Positions 1 to 64,000 of a DNA stretch of 64,000 nt are shown piece by piece; the stretch's first letter is position 1, and each line of letters begins with the position of its first letter. The stretch covers positions 95,767,638 through 95,831,637 of the forward strand of contig NC_068981.1 in assembly GCF_001194135.2 (NCBI RefSeq). The letters are read 5' to 3'. The stretch is from Octopus bimaculoides. Taxonomy: Eukaryota. The translations under genes and the position numbers were made by a program. Under the pieces are notes generated by a model that had not been told where the DNA came from, ran no database searches, and was given only the letters and a program-made list of their open reading frames with translations.

Positions 1-707
1 CAAAAAAGAGTGTACAAATAAAGGATATCACAAAAAACCTTATTAAGTGATAGTGAACTTTGTGATCCAAGCTGTTGCCACTTTAAATAAAGAAACTATA
101 AAGCGTGCTTTTGAATGTTGTGGAATTGGACAGACTGTAGAACACAGCCTCTTAAAACTCATGCTTACAGGATGTTTTGTCTGGCCTTGAGGTAAAAGCA
201 CCAGATGCGCCTAAGGACAAAATTGAAGAAGATGAGATACAAGTAAGTGAAGTTAGCTCTAATGTGAATTATGGCTAAGCAACAAATGAAGAAATTTGTG
301 ACATTTAACTTGAAACTTTTCAGTTATTATCCTACCATAAATGCCCAAGGACATTATTTGTTTATATGGGGCTTCTATTCATGTTTTCAATAGTTTAATT
401 TTCAATATTTCCTAATAGATCCATTACTAACTTCAGAATATTTTTTGATATGCTACTTCTTTTAAGGCTGTTTCAGTTTCTTTATGTCTATATGTCTGAT
501 AACTGAAGCGATAGAAGTTCAATGGAATTATATAAAATAAATATGGTTTTTGAGAATATCTTTGTTTTTCCTAGGTGAAATATTTTACTTCCATATTACC
601 ACCCATGTGCACTTATTATAGGTGGGTGGTTATTTAAACCAAAAAATAGTTTTGTAAAATAGAATTTTCTGTTTAACAGCCCTGGGCAGATTTTCGGAAA
701 ACCCTGG
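1..707 (+). mobile_element. pogo/Tigger-type DNA transposon, 3' remnant
   Basis: Frame from nt 11 reads CTNKGYHKKPY*VIVNFVIQAVATLNKETIKRAFECCGIG, like the pogo DDE C-terminus (TxxGxxKKP...IKxxFxxCGI); ends ...ttttcggaaaaccctgg followed by TA (708-709). Confidence 0.6.
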
Positions 708-799
708 TACTAATATTAATAATTTGTTCTGTGTAGTGGGTAATTTAAACTTGTAACAAAAGGATATTTTAACATGATTTTTTTTTCTGTTTTTATTAG

Positions 800-61622
<60,823 letters not shown>

Positions 61623-62707
61623 GTCAGTTTAAAATTCTTAATAATGTACATCTTAGAAATATCTGGAACAGATATTAATAAGATGATGTCATATTTGAGT
61701 TATCTCTGTGAAAAATTTTGTGGAACTCATATATGGGAAGCTAAATATGTTGATTTTTTTCATGGGTTCATGGGGCCAGTACTTAATTGTTTTTTTGAGT
61801 TTTTTTGTAGTATTTAACAAATGTGAGATAGACTATCTCATAGAATGTGTATCACAAGTAACTTTTTAAGATAACCAAGAAATCAAGCACATAGAATAAA
61901 TGATTTACATTAAATGATATATATGCTACAGAATCCAGCAAACCAGCCTTATGAGCCTATTGTTTTGGAAGAACCTTTGATCCTTTTAGAATGATATGGT
62001 GTTGGTGTCATGTAAAAAGCATTTAGTACCATATCATTCAACAGTCTTTTGGCTTACCATCTCCAGTCAAACTGTCCAATCGCATGCCATGGACAGTGGA
62101 CATTAATTGATGATGATGGCAAATAGGACTATGATGATCATGATAATGTTGAGTAACTCTGGCGAATAGTGCTTGAATGAATTTTCCAGTTGAAAAATAA
62201 ATGGCCAAATGATTCATTCAGTTGACATCTCTTGGTGTATGGAGCCAATGTTTATATTGAGACATATTTGTTCTAAAATTCTGGATCATCATTTTCAAGC
62301 AGGCAGAGAATTCAATAAGAGAAATTCAGCTGTTTTTTTTTTCTTTTTTTTTCTGTGAACCAGTATGGCAAATAAATAACTGCTAACTTATTAGTTTGTG
62401 ATTTTGATCCTGTTGTTTAAATTCAGGTCTGCTCTTATGTAAAAAGATCTATGTCATGATGTTGCATTTCAAGTAACAAATTATTATCATTCTTGGTTTA
62501 AGATTTTTCTATGTTGGCCTAGGTTGGATGGATGGTGTTTTTTTTTTCTTCCTTCTTTGGACTTTTCCATTTTCCTTTCCAATGAAGAACTATGCTCAAA
62601 GCATCAAAGACTCTCCTTCTTACCAAGCGTCAAACTAATATGTTCAATGTGCACGTCCTTTTGTTGTTTGTTATTGTTATTTTTAATGCTCATTTATTTG
62701 ATTTGAC

Positions 62708-62762
<55 letters not shown>

Positions 62763-62764
<2 letters not shown>

Positions 62765-63140
62765 AGGCGCAATGGCCAAGTGGTTAGGGCAGCGGACTCA
62801 CGGTCGTAGGATCGCGGTTTCGATTCCCGGACCTGGCGTTGTGAGTATTTATTGAGCGAAAACATCTAAAATTCCACAAGGCTCCGGCAGGGGATGGTGG
62901 TGAACCCTGCTGTACCCTTTCACCACAACTTTCTCTCACTCTTACTTCCTGTTTCTGTTGTACCTGTATTTCAAAGGGTCAGCTTTGTCACACTGTGTCA
63001 CGCTGAATCTCCCCGAGAACTACGTTAAGGGTACCCTTGTCTGTGGAGTACTCAGCCACTTGCACATTAATTTCACGTGCAGGCTGTTCCGTTGATCTGA
63101 TCAACTGGAACCCTCGTCGTCGTAACTGACGAAGTGCCAA
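62763..63140 (+). mobile_element. tRNA-derived SINE, head A
   Basis: Same family as 8219 and 18386. Confidence 0.92.
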
Positions 63141-63637
63141 CCAATATATATATATAAATACATACAGTGTACATTTAAGCACATAAGAGATGTCCATAAT
63201 AGGACATCTAACCCGCTAGAAGGAGCAGTCAAACTCCAAACCACAAATAGGGATAATTTTGGAAGGGAATGAAAAATAAAAACATTTACCATCTATTTCC
63301 TGTACCATGGTTTCAAGCTATTTTCAGCAAAATAAAATAATTTACTAGGCCAGCTATCATCAGCAAGAAAGCCAAGATTAACATATGAACACTAGGCAAT
63401 ACATAGAACATGCCTCGTGCTTATATGTTATAATTTTTCATATCTACTGCGCATGTACGGTTTTCTTATCGGCAGCAAATACAAAAAAATGCTGATTTTC
63501 TTCCAGAAATTATCCAAAAAGTCATTATATCATTATTAATAAATTTCAGGGTACCAAAAAAATTTAGAAATTCTTTTTGCTACCAGTGGTCTAGAAAGAA
63601 GAAAAACTAGTCAATAGACTATATATATATATATATA

Positions 63638-64000
63638 TCGAGACCTTTGGAAATGTGCTGTGCGTGAGAAGACCCGGCAAGCCAAGTAAGATCGTTGCCA
63701 GTGCCCCTGGACTGGCTCTTGTGTGGGTGGCACATGAGATGCACCATTTTGAGCGTGGCCGTTGCCAGTACCGCCTGACTGGCTCCCATAGGATTTTCGA
63801 GTGAGATCATTGCCAGTGCCCCTGGACTGGCTAGTGCGGGTGGCACGTAAAAGACACCATTTCGAGCATGGCCGTTTTCGTGTGGGTGACATGTAAAAGC
63901 ACCCACTACACTCTCTGAGTGGTTGGCGTTAGGAAGGGCATCCAGCTGTAGAAACTCTGCCAAATTAGATTGGAGTCTGGTGTTGCCATCCGGTTTCACC
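63638..64000 (+). mobile_element. 5'-truncated young RTE (runs off the window)
   Basis: RDLWKCAVREKTRQAK* plus a 3'UTR about 97% identical to 22385-22735. Confidence 0.92.

Overview
AT-rich metazoan genomic DNA with five N-gaps. The repeat families point to a coleoid cephalopod, probably Octopus (inference). The whole window lies inside one + strand gene, an axonemal dynein heavy chain most like DNAH10 (inner-arm I1/f alpha). I reconstructed 24 GT-AG exons by hand (800..61622, 4498 nt = 1 nt + 1499 codons, all intron phases consistent). They encode AAA1-AAA4, stalk coiled-coil 1 and the microtubule-binding domain; both gene ends lie outside the window. The introns are packed with transposons: many RTE LINE copies of different ages (one near full length), several tRNA-derived SINE families, a pogo remnant, a deleted mariner, piggyBac-type and long-TIR MITEs, a Helitron-like element, a Penelope-like remnant and restriction-like-endonuclease (RLE) retrotransposon fragments. 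Most ORF-track entries are microsatellite or gap artefacts. There is no CRISPR array or other prokaryotic system. Best second-look items: (i) a type I hammerhead ribozyme fold behind the Penelope-like remnant (31301-31362, minus strand); (ii) a head-to-tail stack of four R4/Dong-like RLE elements in (TAA)n-type microsatellites, plus another RLE family sitting in (CATA)n inside a SINE; (iii) a C4HC3 PHD finger inserted in the RTE reverse transcriptase; (iv) a tandem hairpin array in RTE 3'UTRs. These belong to known element classes; whether these particular families are undescribed cannot be established without database searches.
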